Source: Mobula hypostoma (Eukaryota). Taken from it: 64,000 nt of DNA. The stretch lies in NCBI RefSeq assembly GCF_963921235.1, contig NC_086097.1, forward strand, positions 200,758,001 through 200,822,000, given 5' to 3'. The notes under the pieces were generated by a model. It was not told where the DNA came from, made no database searches, and worked only from the letters and a program-made list of their open reading frames with translations. The position numbers and the translations under genes were made by a program. This document shows, in pieces, positions 38,606 to 51,803 of the stretch (position 1 is its first letter; each line of letters opens with the position of its first letter).

Positions 38606-39820
38606 ATCCATTCTAGTCCAATTCTTCCACGATTTCAATATCACATTTATATTCAATTATATTGATATGTCTGGAGTCAGATATAAACCTGTGTTGATAA
38701 GGATGGCAGATTTATTTCCTTAAAGGGCATAATGGATGGGTATTTACAGGAGCCCAATTGTTCTGTTGTTATCATCACTATTGTGAGCATCATCACTAAT
38801 ATGAGCCTTCTTTTAATTTCAGGTTATTAATTGTATTTAAATTACACAAATGCCATGATGGAATTTGAATTTGGTGCTGTAAATTCAGGCACGGTGTAAC
38901 CAATGTCTTAATATTGTTTGTTGTAGTGCTTACCAGAAATCAGGCAGACAAGGCTTCTTGCTGTTTATAAGGAACGATGATGAGCACAGTGACTATCACA
39001 GCACAACAGCAGAAGAGATTCTTGTGAATTAAGAATGTCACATCAAATCAATATACTTAGTGCAAAAATAAACGGAAATATGAAGAATATTCAAGTATCT
39101 ATATAGAGAGAATGAGGGTTAACATTTCAGGTCAATTGCATTCCAACAGTTCTGTTGAGTATTACCAGCACTTCCTGCTTTCATTTCAGCTTTTCAGACA
39201 TTGCAGTTTTTTTTTGTTTTTCACTTTAAATCTTCTCTTTATTGGAAGATGAAGGAACTGCTTCACTTTTACTGAAGCTTGAAGTTTGCTTTCCTGATCA
39301 GGTATTTCTTGGTTAGGATTGAAGGTCATAGGGTGTGTAGCTTGGGGGAAAATGTTTTTCCAGGCATTCATGACTCACTAATGATCCCTAACATGTGTAT
39401 CTGATTGGAGATTCTCTCAAGATGAAGCATGGATTTACACTATGGAGCCAAGCTATCAGGAACCGGCTCTAAGAAAAAGTTATTTTTAATTACTTTCTCA
39501 GCTTTTGTAGTGGGTAAGTGTAATTGCAATTGCCTTTTTTAGGAACAAAGTAAAATTAAATTACTTATAGGATGGATATGAAGAAAACAAGAACTTAAAT
39601 ATAAAATAGACAATCTTTGAAAATGCAAAGCCACACTGGTGAAACTAGATGAAGCCGTCTTTTTAACAGATTATGTTAGATTGCACAAATTTTGTTCTCA
39701 GAAAAAGTAAAATAAAATGAGGCAAATCAACATTGTAATACAATTCTTTTCATTTAAGCACCAATTAAGAAGGAAGCACATTACTTTATTGATAATTGTA
39801 GTGATATATTATGAAGGTAC

Positions 39821-40011
39821 CTGATATGTAAATCTTCCCATTGTGCACTGCACCAGCATGAGCTGCCAGAGGCTGTGGCAGGGAGGACAGGTAGCACCAC
39901 TCATTGGTTTCCAGATTGTAACATTCAACACTTGATAAATAACCAGTCTCATTCCTTCCACCAATCACATACAGATGTTTATCCAGAAGGCAAGCGTAGA
40001 AGCTGGCTCGC
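39821..40011 (-). CDS. KLHL14: KLHL14 coding exon (191 nt)
   Basis: ttacag|G CGA GCC...ATA TCA G|gtacct; translates to RASFYACLLDKHLYVIGGRNETGYLSSVECYNLETNEWCYLSSLPQPLAAHAGAVHNGKIYIS(G). Kelch GG, Y and W signature. Overlaps ORF 39786..39968. Confidence 0.97.
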
Positions 40012-40519
40012 CTGTAATTGAATTAGATGTTAGATTACAAGAAGAGTTTACATGAATAAACATTACAAAGACCACTTTTTGACAGTACATCACAAATTTG
40101 CACATTTTGCTGCCAAATTCACGTACTGCTCGTTTGCAGTGGTACCCATAGATAATGTATTTGAAAAACCTGACAAGTGGACTAGTTAAATGTCTATTAT
40201 GGGGTTGTTAGACTGAAGACCTGAATGACATTTAAGAGTACTCGTTAATTGTCCACAAGAATTTAGATCAACACAACATTGGTTAGGAAACCAAGAAGTC
40301 AATGTTTTATATTAACATTGTGCAGTAAAAGAGTAATTTATATTCCTTCTAGCTGAACAAAATTAACTTGATATTTACTGTTTTGATAGTTCTGTATTGC
40401 TGGTAATCTGGTTTAGAGGATGTACAGTGCATGATGCAATTAGAATTTTAAATATTCCAAAACATCAATGGGGATTTGATGGATTGGGGATCATCTCTCA
40501 GAATAGCCAGTCACTCCTT

Positions 40520-42066
40520 GTAGTGTTCACCAAAATCTTTATTCTCTCACTTTTGACAATCTGAGGTAACTACCTGTTTCAAACAGGCTTCAATTATACC
40601 AGTGCCTAAGAAGAATGTGGAAACCTGTCTCAATGACTGTCACCCAGTAGCACTTACATCCACAGTGATAAGGTGCTTTGAAAGTTTGGTGATGAAACAT
40701 ATCAATTCCTGCCTGAGAAGTGACTTGGATCCACTCCACTTTGCCTACCGGCCCAACATGTCCATAGCAGATGCCACTTCATTGGCTCTTCACTCAACCC
40801 TGATACATCTGGACAGTGAAATTGCATACAATAGGATGCACTTTATCAACCACAGCCTGGCATTCAGTACTATCATCCCCTCAAAAATAATCAATAAGCT
40901 TCAAGACCTTGGCCTCAATACCTCCTTGTGCAATTGGATCCTCGATTTCCTCACTTGCAGACCCCAGTCAGTACAGATTGGCAAAAATATCTCCTCCATA
41001 ATCCGCATTAGCACAGGTGCACTACAAGGCCGTGTACTTTGCCCCCCATCGTACTCACTTCACACTCGTAACTGTGAGGTAAAGCACTGCTCCAATGCCA
41101 TATTTAGGTTTGCTGTTGTGGCTGAATCAAATGTGGGATGAATCAGCGTATAGGAGGGAGATTGAAAATCTGGGTAAGTGGTGCCACAATAACCGCTTAC
41201 TCAATGTCAGATGGAGGAAACCAGAGGTCCATGAGCCCTTTCTCATCGGAGGATCAGAGGTGGAGAGGGCCAACAACTTCAAACTTTTTGGTGTTATAAT
41301 TTCAGAGGACCTGTCCTGGGCCCAGCAAGTAAGTACAATTATGAAGAAAGAACAGCAGTCCCTCTGCTTCCTTAGGAGTTTGTAAAGATTTGGCATGAAA
41401 CTATGACAAACTTCTATAGACATGTGGTGGAAAGTATATTGACTGATTGCATCATAGCCTGGTTTGGCAACACTAATGCCCTTGAACGGAAAATGCAACA
41501 AAAAGTGGTGTTGGGGATATGACCCAGTTAATCACAGGTAAAGCCCTCCCCATCACTGAGCACATCTAAATGGAGCGCTGCCAGAGGAAGGCAGCATCCA
41601 TTATTAGGGTCCCCCACCAACCAGGACATGATGTCTTCTTGCTGCTGCCATCAGGAAGATGGTACAGGAGCCTCAGGACTTGGACCACCAGGTTCAGAAA
41701 CAGTTCTTACCCTCAACCATCAGGCTCTGAACTAGTAAAGATAACTTCACTCAACTTCACTTGCCCTATCATTGAAATACCTCCACAACCCATGGACTCA
41801 CTTTCAAGGACTCTTCATCTCATGTTCTTGATATTTATAACTTATTTATTATTATTATTATTATTATTTCTTTTTTTCTTTCTTTTTGTATTTGCACAGC
41901 TGGTTGCCTTTGAACACTGGTTGTCTGCCTGTTGATGGGGTCTTTCATTGATTCTGTTATGGTTATTGGATTTATTGAGTATGCCTGCAAGAAAATAAAT
42001 CTCAGGGTTGCATATAGTGACATATATGAACTTAGGTAACAAATTTACTTTGAATTTTGAACTTTC
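40520..42066 (+). mobile_element. Degraded Rex1/Babar LINE (RT and tail)
   Basis: ORF 40602..41141 gives CLNDCHPVALTS...LDPLHFAYRPN...WILDFLT; tail aaatttactttgaattttgaacttt. Confidence 0.9.
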
Positions 42067-42134
42067 AGCTTTACGATTGTGACAGTTGGACTGGCAGAGT
42101 TATTGGACAGTAGATTTTATTGATTTTATTTCCA

Positions 42135-42416
42135 GATAAAGCATGGAGTAGACCATTCCAGCCCTTCACGTTGTGCTGCCAAGAACCCACTCACTTAACC
42201 TTAACCTATTCATCGGACAATTTACAATGACCAATTAACCTACTAAGCAGTACGTCTTTGGACCGTGAGAAGAAACCGGAACACCTGGCGAAAACCTACT
42301 CACTCCTCGAGGTGGATGAACAAACTCCTTACAGAACATGCTGGGATTGAACTCCGGACTTTGATGCCTCGAGGTGTAATGGTGTCACACTAAACGCTAC
42401 GCTACCATGGCACCCT
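42135..42416 (-). mobile_element. tRNA-derived SINE (V-SINE/HE1-like)
   Basis: Minus-strand A box tagcgtagcg and B box gagttcaatccc; homologous to 59885-60170. Confidence 0.75.
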
Positions 42417-42797
42417 GCGGCCCCATTTTATTTTTGGTCACCCGTGTTAAAAGTTTATCTTGCTACACCACAGAGATACACAATAAGCATGTGGGAAGCT
42501 TAACAAGATGGAACTCAGTTTTTCAGAGAAAAAAATCCGAAAGGATGACCGTTTTAAGATTTTTAAGACAATGAAAGGGTAACTATATGGTAAATGTTTC
42601 CATTAATGTGATAGGCCAAAACAAGAGGACTTAAATATAAATTAGCTACTAATTCAATTTAGGAATTTCCACCCATTGGTTTAATTGGGCAATTATATTA
42701 CAGGGAGAAGGCAGGAGCATGGGATTGAGATGGATAATGAATCAGCCATATTGGAATGGCAGAGCAGATTCAATGAGCCAAATGGCCTAATTCTGCT

Positions 42798-42927
42798 GCG
42801 GCCGAAGGGTTTCAGCCGAAATGCTGACTGTACTTTTGTCCATTTATGCTGCTTGGCCTGCTGAGTTCCTCCAGTATTTTGTGTGTGTTGCTTGGATTTC
42901 TAGCATCTGCAGATTTTCTCTTGTTTG
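42798..42927 (+). mobile_element. 5'-truncated Penelope-like terminal repeat inserted in a CR1 tail
   Basis: Flanked by a 28-bp direct repeat at 42770-42797 and 42928-42955 (3 mismatches). Confidence 0.75.
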
Positions 42928-43559
42928 TCAATGAGCCGAATGGCTTAATTCTCCTCCTATACCTAATGGTCTTACCTAGCAAGCAACAAAAGAGGGAGTG
43001 TGCTAATGTAAATATCTGAGGTACACTGGATATGCTGAAGGAAAAACTATATATGCATACCTACAGGATTAAGTGAAGGAAGGAAGCTTATGTAGCTGTT
43101 AAATGCTAGCATTGACTATTCGGGATGAATGGCCTGTTCTTGTGCTGCAGAAGTATTTCCATTGCTATCGTCCATCAGATGGGTACTCCTTTAAGTAGAT
43201 TTTAGGTCCTTTAAACCATTAACTTCTCCATGCTGCGATTCGTTGGGATAAAATATATCTTCCCTGGTAACAGAATTGTGATGTGTGATTAAAATTTGGC
43301 CATTACAGTGGAGGTAGCATTTCAATTTTTCAATATGATTTTTGTATATCGCCCAGAATATTTAATTGCATTGATCTGCAGAGAGCCCAATAGCAGCAGC
43401 AACTTACTTAATTACCTGCAACTCTTAAACCAGGAGGCAAAAAAAAATAAATAAATCTGACCTGGCAGAGTGAAAATGAGCTGATCATAAAGGAGAACAG
43501 GCCTCTGGATTTACAAAACTGTACTGAGGGTCTCAGAAGAACAGGTGTAAAGAGGAGAG

Positions 43560-44833
43560 ATGCTCTGTCCTCATACAAATCTGTTGGAATTCCTCGAAGA
43601 AGTAACAAGCAGAGCAAACAAAGGAGAGGGGGCGAATGTCATTTACTTGGATTTTCAGAAGGCATTTGATAAGGTGCTACACATGAGGCTGCTTAACAAG
43701 ATAAAATCCTATGGCGTTACAGGAAAGATACTGGCATGGATAGCACAATGGCTGACAGGCAGGAGGCAGCAAGCGGGAATAAAAAGGACCTTTTCTGGTT
43801 TGCTGCCAGTGACTAGTGATATTCCTTATGGGTCAGTATTAGGACCACTACTTTTTACATCGTTTGTCAGTAATTTGGAGAATGGATTTAATGGCTTTGT
43901 AGCCAAGTTTGCAGATGATACAAAGCTAGGTGGAGGGGCAGGTAGTGCTGAGGAAGCAATGTGATTGCAGCAGGACTTAGACAAATTGGAAGAATAAGCA
44001 AAAAAATGGCTGGTAGAACACACTGTTGGGAAATGTATAATAATACATTTTGGTAAAAGGAACAATGGTGCAGACTATTATTTAAATAGGGAGAAGGCTC
44101 AAACCTCAGAAATACAGAGGGATTTAGCAGACCTCGCGCAAGACTCCCAGAAGGTTAATTTACAGGTTGAGTCTGTGGTAAAGAAGGCAAATGCAATGTT
44201 GGCATTTATTTCAAGGAAAATAGAATATAAAAGCAAGGAGATAACGTTGAGCCTTTATAAGACACTAGTCAGGCCACACTTGGAGTATTTTCAACAGTTT
44301 GGGCCCCATGTCTCAGAAGGGATGTGTTGTCAATGGAGAGAGTCCATAGGAGGTTCATGAGGATCATTTTGGGAACGAAGGGGTTATCATATGAGGAGCA
44401 CTTGGCAACTTTGGGCCTGAACTCACTGGAATTTAGAAGAATGTATGGGGATCTCACTGAAACCTAATGAATGTTGAAAGGACTAGATAGGGTGGATGTG
44501 GAGAGGATGTTTCCTGTGGTGGGGCTATCCAGAACCAGAGGGCACAGCCTCAAAATTGAGGGGCAATCTTTTAGAACAGATAAAAGGAAGAACTTTTTTA
44601 GCCATAGGGTAGTGACACTGTGGAATGCTCTGCCAGACTGCGGTGGAAGCCAAGTCTGTTGGTATATTTAATGCAGAAGTTGATAGTTTCCTATTCAGTC
44701 AGGGCATCAAAGAATATGGTGAGAAGTCAGGTGTATGGGGTTGAGTGGGATCTGGGATCAGCCATGACGGAATGATGGAGTAGACTCGATGGGCTGAATG
44801 GCCTAATTCTGCTCCTATGTCTTATGGTCTTAT
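43560..44833 (+). mobile_element. 5'-truncated CR1 LINE (RT to 3' tail)
   Basis: ORF 43560..43964 gives YLDFQKAFDKV...GSVLGPLLF...KFADDTKL; tail tcttatggtcttatg. Confidence 0.93.
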
Positions 44834-45039
44834 GATAAGAAATTTTTTTGCGGCAGTGGAGCTTTCATTTTGTGAATACTCCCTGCTCAGGGAGTACTGT
44901 GAACAACTTTGGGCAATAATAGGAATAATGTCAGGCTTGCAACACAACCAGAACTTGAAGTATCCATTCCAGCTTCATGACAGGCATAATTTTACTGGAA
45001 ATAATCACTGGTAGGATTGGCTATGGTTTACATTTATTT

Positions 45040-46205
45040 AGAGTTAAAGTTGTAGAAAAATACAGCGCAGAAACAGGCCCTTCGGCCCATCTAGTCCAGG
45101 ACAAACCATTTAAACTGCCTATTCCCATCGACCTGCAGCGGGACCATAGCCTACCATCCATGTACCTCTCCAAACTTCTCTCAAACATTGAAATCAAGCT
45201 TGCATGCATCACTTACGCTTGCAGTTTGTTCCACAATCTTATGGCCCTCTGAGTGAAAAAGTTTCCCCACATGTTCACTTTAAATTTGTCACCTTTCACC
45301 CTTAACCCATGACCTCTAGTTGTAGTCCCACCCGATCAGTGGAAAAAGCCTGCTGACATTTAATCTATCCATACCCCTCATAATTTTGTATACTTCTATC
45401 AATCTCCTCTCAATCTTTTACATTCCAAGGAATAAAGTCCTAGCCTATTCAATCTTTCTTTGTAATTCAGGTCCTCCAGTCCCAGCAACATCCTTCCAAA
45501 CTTTCACTGTCTTCTTTCAATCTTACGTATATCTTTCCTGTAGGTACGTGACTGTAACTGCACACAATACTCCAAATTAGGCCTCACCAATGTCTTATAC
45601 AACTTCAACATAACATCTCATCTCCTGTACTCAATAGTTTGACTTATGAAGGCCAATGTTCCAAAAGCTTTCCTTACAACCCCATCTCCCAGTGCCACCA
45701 CTTTCAATGAATTATAGATCTGTATTATCAAGTCCCTTTGCTCTACTGAACTCTTCAGTGCCCTACCCTGGATGGTCCCACCAAAGTGCAACAATTTGCA
45801 TTGACTGCATTAAATTTCATCTGCCATTTTTCAGCACATTTTTCCATCTGGTCTAGATCCCAGTGCAAGCTTTGATAGCCTTCCTCACTGTTCACTACAT
45901 CCTCAATTTTGGTGTCATCCACAAATTTGCTGATCCAGTTCAACACATTATCATCCAGATAATTGATACAGATAACAAACAACAATGGACCCAGCACCGA
46001 TCCCTGCGGCACTCCACTAGTCACAGGACTCCAGTCAGAGAGACAACTATCTACTACTACTCTCTGGCTTCTCCTGCAAATCCAATGTTTAATCTAATTT
46101 ACTACCTCATCTCGAATGCCAAGTGACTGAGCCTTCTTGACCAATCTCCCATGCAGGACCTTATCAAATACCTTACTAAAGTCCATGTAGACAACATCTA
46201 TTGCC
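45040..46205 (-). mobile_element. 5'-truncated CR1 LINE
   Basis: ORF 45755..46024 gives TSGVPQGSVLGPLLF...KFVDDTK; 3' UTR near 45060. Confidence 0.9.
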
Positions 46206-46299
46206 TTACGTGTAATTTGTCCATAGAAAAATACTGGTACAAATGAATCTAATTTCTAGACTCTAGCACTATGTTAAAGAATTAAATGTAAAATTTTAC

Positions 46300-46378
46300 C
46301 TTTCTTGCATAGGGGGGAGTTGTATCCAGCTGTTAAACCTAGGATCATATCGGCTGACGAAATTAGTACTATGTTTCC
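46300..46378 (-). CDS. KLHL14: KLHL14 coding exon (79 nt)
   Basis: aacag|GG AAA CAT...CAA GAA AG|gtaaaa; translates to (G)KHSTNFVSRYDPRFNSWIQLPPMQE(R). Phase 1/2 fits both neighbouring exons. Confidence 0.95.
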
Positions 46379-47699
46379 CTGTTTTAAAGAAAGAAATCAG
46401 TGATTTAAATATGTTCCAGAACTAAATAATGATTTCCTAAAGTTCTCACGGAAATGTAAATGGAATAAAGATTACTTTTTTTGTAATATGCATATCAAAG
46501 GCCCATTGGTTTTCCCGAAATTAGTAAAAAGGTCAAAAATATTCTAAGTGTCCCAAATATGACAGAATGATTTGGAGCCATAGAGTTATAAAGCAATACA
46601 GCAAGAATACAGGCCCTTCTGCCCACTATGTCCATGCTGGCCACGTAGTTAGTACCTATTTCGTATGTTCAACCTATATTCCTCTGGGCCCCTCCCCTCC
46701 ATTCACCTATCCAAGTGCTTCTTAAATTATCCTTTCCTACCTGCTTCAACCATTTCATCTGGCAGCTCATTCCATATACTCACCACCGTGAACAAGTTGA
46801 CTCTCAAGTCCCTTGTAAATCTTTCACTTCTCACATTAAATCTATGCCCCCAGTTTTGGACTCCCCAGACTACGGAAAAGACTGTTATTATCCATCTTAC
46901 CTATGCCTCATAAATTCAGACATTTCCACAAGATCCCCCTCATTCTCCTACGTTCCATGGAATGAAGACCTAGCCTGATCAACCTTGTCTTATAACTCAG
47001 GCCCGCTAGATTTACATCCTTGTAAATCTGTACTGCACTCTTTCCATTTTATCCACATCTTTCCGATCTATGATAGGGTGAAATCCATAGGTATGCTGTA
47101 CCAAAACTGTACAGCATACTTCTGGACTTTAAAAGCAATTTTGTGTAATATATTACATTAACATTAATGGTCATTCTTAAGAAAAATCTAAATTGCTAGC
47201 AAAAATTATAACTCAGCTTTATAAATCCATAATCAGTTCATAGATACAGGCTTTTACTTTCCAAACAAACAGCAGTTCAAAGCTGATTTTTCTCTATTCT
47301 ATGTCACAATTGATTAAAGATGTAGTCTGTTGTCAGATGAACGCAAGGACAGTGTAACCATTTCACCTTTGAGTCTTTATGATTGACAACCAACCTTCTT
47401 TGCTTCCGCTGTGTAGTTCTCTATCCAGGTACTGCAAGTTTAAAAATCCTTTGACCTTTAAACCAGCAAGCTCTCAGGACATGATTTATTTTGACCAGAT
47501 ATAGCCTGAAGATCTTAACCTGTGAAGTAAAGTTTCTGGAATGTTCATATCTACATTGCTATCATGCACCTAGAGGCCTTAAGAAGCCGTGCTTTCTCCC
47601 CTCCTGCAATGTGCCTAATAAGGACTGTTGCAGTAGGGAAGAAAACACAGCTTTTTATTGTAAAGACTGCTCTTATATAAACATTGAACTAGAGACTTC

Positions 47700-48870
47700 A
47701 AAGTGAATACAGATCGGCTGGAGAATGAGACTGGAGAAATAATTCTGTTAAACCAGAAATGACATGGGAGTTAATTTCTTTTTGCATTAATCTTTCTGAT
47801 GGAAGACACCATGAACACATTAATAGTACAAAATACAGGTGATGAAGCAAATCCCATCAGGGTCACTGGTGCATTACTATTATGCTAACTGACAGTGTTT
47901 CAGGTTGTTTGGTGTCTTGGACTTGAAGGTTTGCATCAAAGGTTCCTGAAAGAAATGGTTACCAAGGTAATCGATGCATTGGATGCTTATTGTATTTTCC
48001 ATATTTCTTTCGGCTCTGGAGAAGATTCGAAAATTCACAAGAGTGGAAGACAAGATTTGGATAACCATAGACTGGTAAACCTCACATCTATTATTGGAAA
48101 AATGTTAGAATCAGTTCTTGGGAGATAAAAACAGAATACATGATGAAGCATCATCAGCATAGTTTCATGAAATGATCATGTCTGACGCATTTGAGGAAAT
48201 ATCAACCAGAGTGGTTAGGGGTAGACCGTGCAGTGGTTACTTAGTTACTAAGAGCTCATGATACTGGAAATAACATATTTGCATAGATATGGGATTATCT
48301 AATCAACAGGGTGTAGCAAGTAGGGATGATAACAGTCACTTTCAGCTTCATAACTAGTGAGATGCTGCAGGGATCAGTACTGAGACTGTTCTGCTGTTAA
48401 AATTATATATATTAGTTATTTAGAGGAAGGAAGCAAAAATGCTGTGGCATATTTGCCTGATGCTGAGGGTGTGTGTGGGGGGGGAGGCAGACAGATGATA
48501 ATCTATGAGGAAGCTACAACAAATAGACAGAGGCTGTGAAAGGTTGAGCAGATAAGTAAGCAGTTGCGAAATGGAAATCAATGGCAGAAAGTATGAATTT
48601 GTTTACCTTGGAGAAAAGAATGTTGAAAAATATTATTATTTACCTGAAAACATTCAGCAGAAAGCTATAGTAGGAAGGGATGTCGGTCCTCATCCATGGA
48701 ACCCAGAGAGTTAGCAGACTAACTTTTTATATGGGGAAGAGAACTGGTGATTGGAGAATAAAAGTAAGGGAAGGTTTTCACAACCTTAAAAGGCTTTGGT
48801 GAAACCCAATCTATAGCCAACAGTTGGATCTCCTTACTTAAGGAAGTGGTCATACAGTCATTGAGTTGTA
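47700..48870 (+). mobile_element. Old CR1 ORF2 remnant
   Basis: NHRLVNLTSIIGKMLES and a degenerate QGSVL motif. Confidence 0.7.
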
Positions 48871-48949
48871 TAGGCCAGATATGAGCTCTTTGGTCCCCCA
48901 CATCAATGTCAGCCTTTTGTCCATATCTCCTGCTACACTGCTGCTATGC

Positions 48950-49336
48950 TTCCCATCTCCTGCTACATTAGTTTAAACTTTCTAAATTAGCAAAAGCAAA
49001 CCTCCCTGAATGAACATTAGTCCTCAGTTTAAGTGAAATCTGTTTTTCTTGTCCCACCTGCCCCAGATGTGATCCAGATGATCCAGGTTTCTAAAGTTTT
49101 CTCTCCTGCAACAGTTCTCTAGCCATGTGTCCTACTCTTCCACTTCTACCCTTACTAGCATGTGGCACAGGGAATAATCCAGAGATTACGACCCAAGATG
49201 TCCTGAGCTTTAACTCCTGCATGACTCTCTAAACACACTCTTATTCCTCTTTCTTCTTTGTCATTGGAACCAATATCTACAATGACCTTGGCTATTCTCC
49301 TTTCCCCTTCCAAATATCCAATGCTTGAATTGAGAC
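48950..49336 (-). mobile_element. CR1 ORF1 (SGNH esterase-like) remnant, continuing after the LTR at 50468-50760
   Basis: EGERRIAKVIVDIGSNDK resembles the VVVHIGTND motif of CR1 ORF1. Confidence 0.55.
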
Positions 49337-50462
49337 TGTCATGGTCCACATTGTCCACATTCCGGTTCATGGACCGGTCCATCGTTCCTTATTCCAGATT
49401 TTCCAGTTTTCCCTTGTCCTGTTGTGTGCCTTAATTGAGGCACATGATTCCCATTTTGGGCTGGCTATATAAACAACTCCTAGGTTCAGCTTCAGGGGCT
49501 GGACTGTTCCCTCCCCTTCCCCTTCCTTCTGAAGTCTCTGTGTCCATGCCTTCGCTAGATAGGTCTGGCTGTTTGCCGCTACCTTGAGTTGGTAACTGTC
49601 TCTGTATCCATGCCTTCGCTAGGTAGGTCCGGCCATTTGCCGCTACCTTGAGTTGGGAACTGTCTCTGTGTCCACGCCTTCGCTAGGTACATCTGGCCAT
49701 TTGCTGCTACCTTGTGTTGGGAACCGTCTCTGTGTCCCATGCCTTCGCTAGGTAGGTTCATCCGTTTGCCGCTACCTTTTGTTAGGAACCGTCTCTTTGT
49801 GCCCTCGCCTCCGTTGGGTAGGTCCGGCCATTTGCCGCTACCTTGAGTGGAGATCTGTCTCTTAGTGTTTTGTGTATGAATCCCGGCCCTACGCCCTGCT
49901 CCCTAGGAGGGGTCCTGTCTCTGTGTAGAGCCCCGGCCCCAAGTCCTGTTCCCAAGGGGTCCTGGTTCTGTGTTCCATGTTCCTGCTCTCCCTCGACCAA
50001 GGCTCTGCATCCCTGCTCTCCCCCAACCAAGTCAAGGCTTTGTCTTCTCATCCTGTCCATGTGCCTTGCCCGGCCCAGGAGTACCTCGCCCAGCCCAGTG
50101 CTGGGGTTCCCTCGTCCTGTCCAGGAGTCTCACGTCCAGTCCTGTTGCCACTCCTCGTCCTGTAGTCAGGTCCTGTCTGAGCCTGGATCCGGAGTCCGAG
50201 CCCGAGTCAAGACCCAGGTTCCCGATCCCTGTCCAGTCTCTGGCTTGGAGTCCTTGTCCAGGTTTCAAATTCCTAGTTCCTCGTCCAGGTCCCACTAGCC
50301 CTAGCCCAGGCCCTGTATCCTAGCCTCATCCAGGGCCTGTGTCTTGTCCAGTGTCGTTTCTACCCCACTTCCCTTGCTTTCTTGACACACTTAGTCCTGT
50401 TCCTAGTACTTCAGTGTCTGTGTCTTGCATTTGGGTCTGCCACCAACACCCCACTTATGACG
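49337..50462. mobile_element. Solo LTR, 1126 bp, with 5-bp target-site duplication
   Basis: TGTCATG...TATGACG termini (terminal A apparently mutated to G), flanked on both sides by gagac. TATA-like tatataaa near 49466. CpG-rich interior. Confidence 0.85.
49534..49861. repeat. 64-bp tandem repeat, 5 copies, inside the LTR
   Basis: Units start at 49534, 49598, 49662, 49726 and 49791; consensus gtctctgtgtccatgccttcgctaggtaggtccggccatttgccgctaccttgagttgggaact. Confidence 0.95.
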
Positions 50463-51224
50463 GAGACAGTATTGACCTTGACATTAGGAGGTAACATACC
50501 ATTCTCAAGTCTTAATCTCACTCATAGTCATGCGGCTCTATTCCTCTCTTTAACAAATCCCTGACCACCACTGCTTAGCAAGACATTTCCCTCTCCTGCT
50601 GTGCATCAGAGTCAATCATAGCACTACAAACTTGGCAGCTGCTGCTTTCCTTCAAGGGACAATGCCCCCACCCCTCCCCCCCACAATAAATGGTACGAGA
50701 GAGGAATGGCCAGAGAGTCTCTTGAAGTTACCAACCTTCTCAGTAGCCTGTTATCTCCTTAATTTCTGTACCTACATTATGACCAACTCACTAAATTTTC
50801 TGTCTATGACACTGTACTCTATAGTTCAGAGAGGGAATACAAACATAATCTTGACTATGGAGGAATTGTCTTATGAAGAGAGACTGAATAGACCAGGTCT
50901 ACAATCACGGGATTTAAAAGAAAGGATGTGATCTTATTGAAACCTGTAGGATTCTTCACGGGTCTGTCAGGACAGAATCTAGGAGGTTGTTTCCCTTTTG
51001 AGGAGCAAAGAGCCAGAGATGTCATTACAAAGAATTTCATTGGAATTCCTAGCCCCAGTAACAGTGGAGACTAAATCCTTGAATGTATTCAAATATGAGG
51101 CAGATATTTAGTCAATATAGTAATGGATGGAGATTTTTGTGGTTGGGGAAACTTACTGAATGGCAGAACAGGCTGAAGGTATTGAATATCCTACTCCTGA
51201 ATCTATGACTTATAGTCTTAAATG

Positions 51225-51803
51225 TAGAAACAAAGAAACATTGAAAACCTACAGCACAATACAGGCCCTTTAACCCACAAAGTTGTGCCAAACATGTCCC
51301 TACCTTAGAAATTACTAGGCTTAACCATAGCCCTCTATTTTTCTAAGTTCCATGTACCTATCCAAAAGCCTCTTAAAAGACCCTATCGTATCCGCCTCCA
51401 CCATCGCTGCCGGCAGCCCATTCCATGCACTCACCACTCTCTGAGTAAAAAACTTACCCCTGACATCTCCTCTGTACCTGCTCCCCAGCACCTTAAACCT
51501 GCATCCTCTTGTGGCAACCATTTCAGCCCTGGGAAAAAGTCTCTGACTATCCACACGATCAATGTCTCTCATCATCTTATACACCTCTATCAGGTCACCT
51601 CTCATCCTCCGTCACTCCAAGGAGAAAAGGCCGAGTTCACTCAACCTATTCTCATAAGGCATGGTCCGCAATCCAGGCAACATCCTTGTAAATCTCCTCT
51701 GCACCCTTTCTATGGCTTCCACATCCTTCTTGTTGTGAGGTGACCAGAACTAAGCACAGTACTCCAGGTGGGGTCCTATATAGCTGCAACATTACCTCTT
51801 GGC
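51225..51803 (-). mobile_element. CR1 3' end (same subfamily as 53357-54383)
   Basis: ORF 51321..51605 gives MRGDLIEVYKMMR...FFTQRVVSAWNGLP; highly similar to the copy 2.1 kb downstream. Confidence 0.92.

Noticed and set aside
49534..49861. CRISPR-like array (period about 64 bp)
   Set aside because: The whole unit repeats with no unique spacers, there are no cas genes, and it lies inside a eukaryotic LTR.
49782..50323. Overlapping Pro/Ser/Gly-rich ORFs
   Set aside because: By-products of the GC-rich, low-complexity LTR interior; no recognisable domain.
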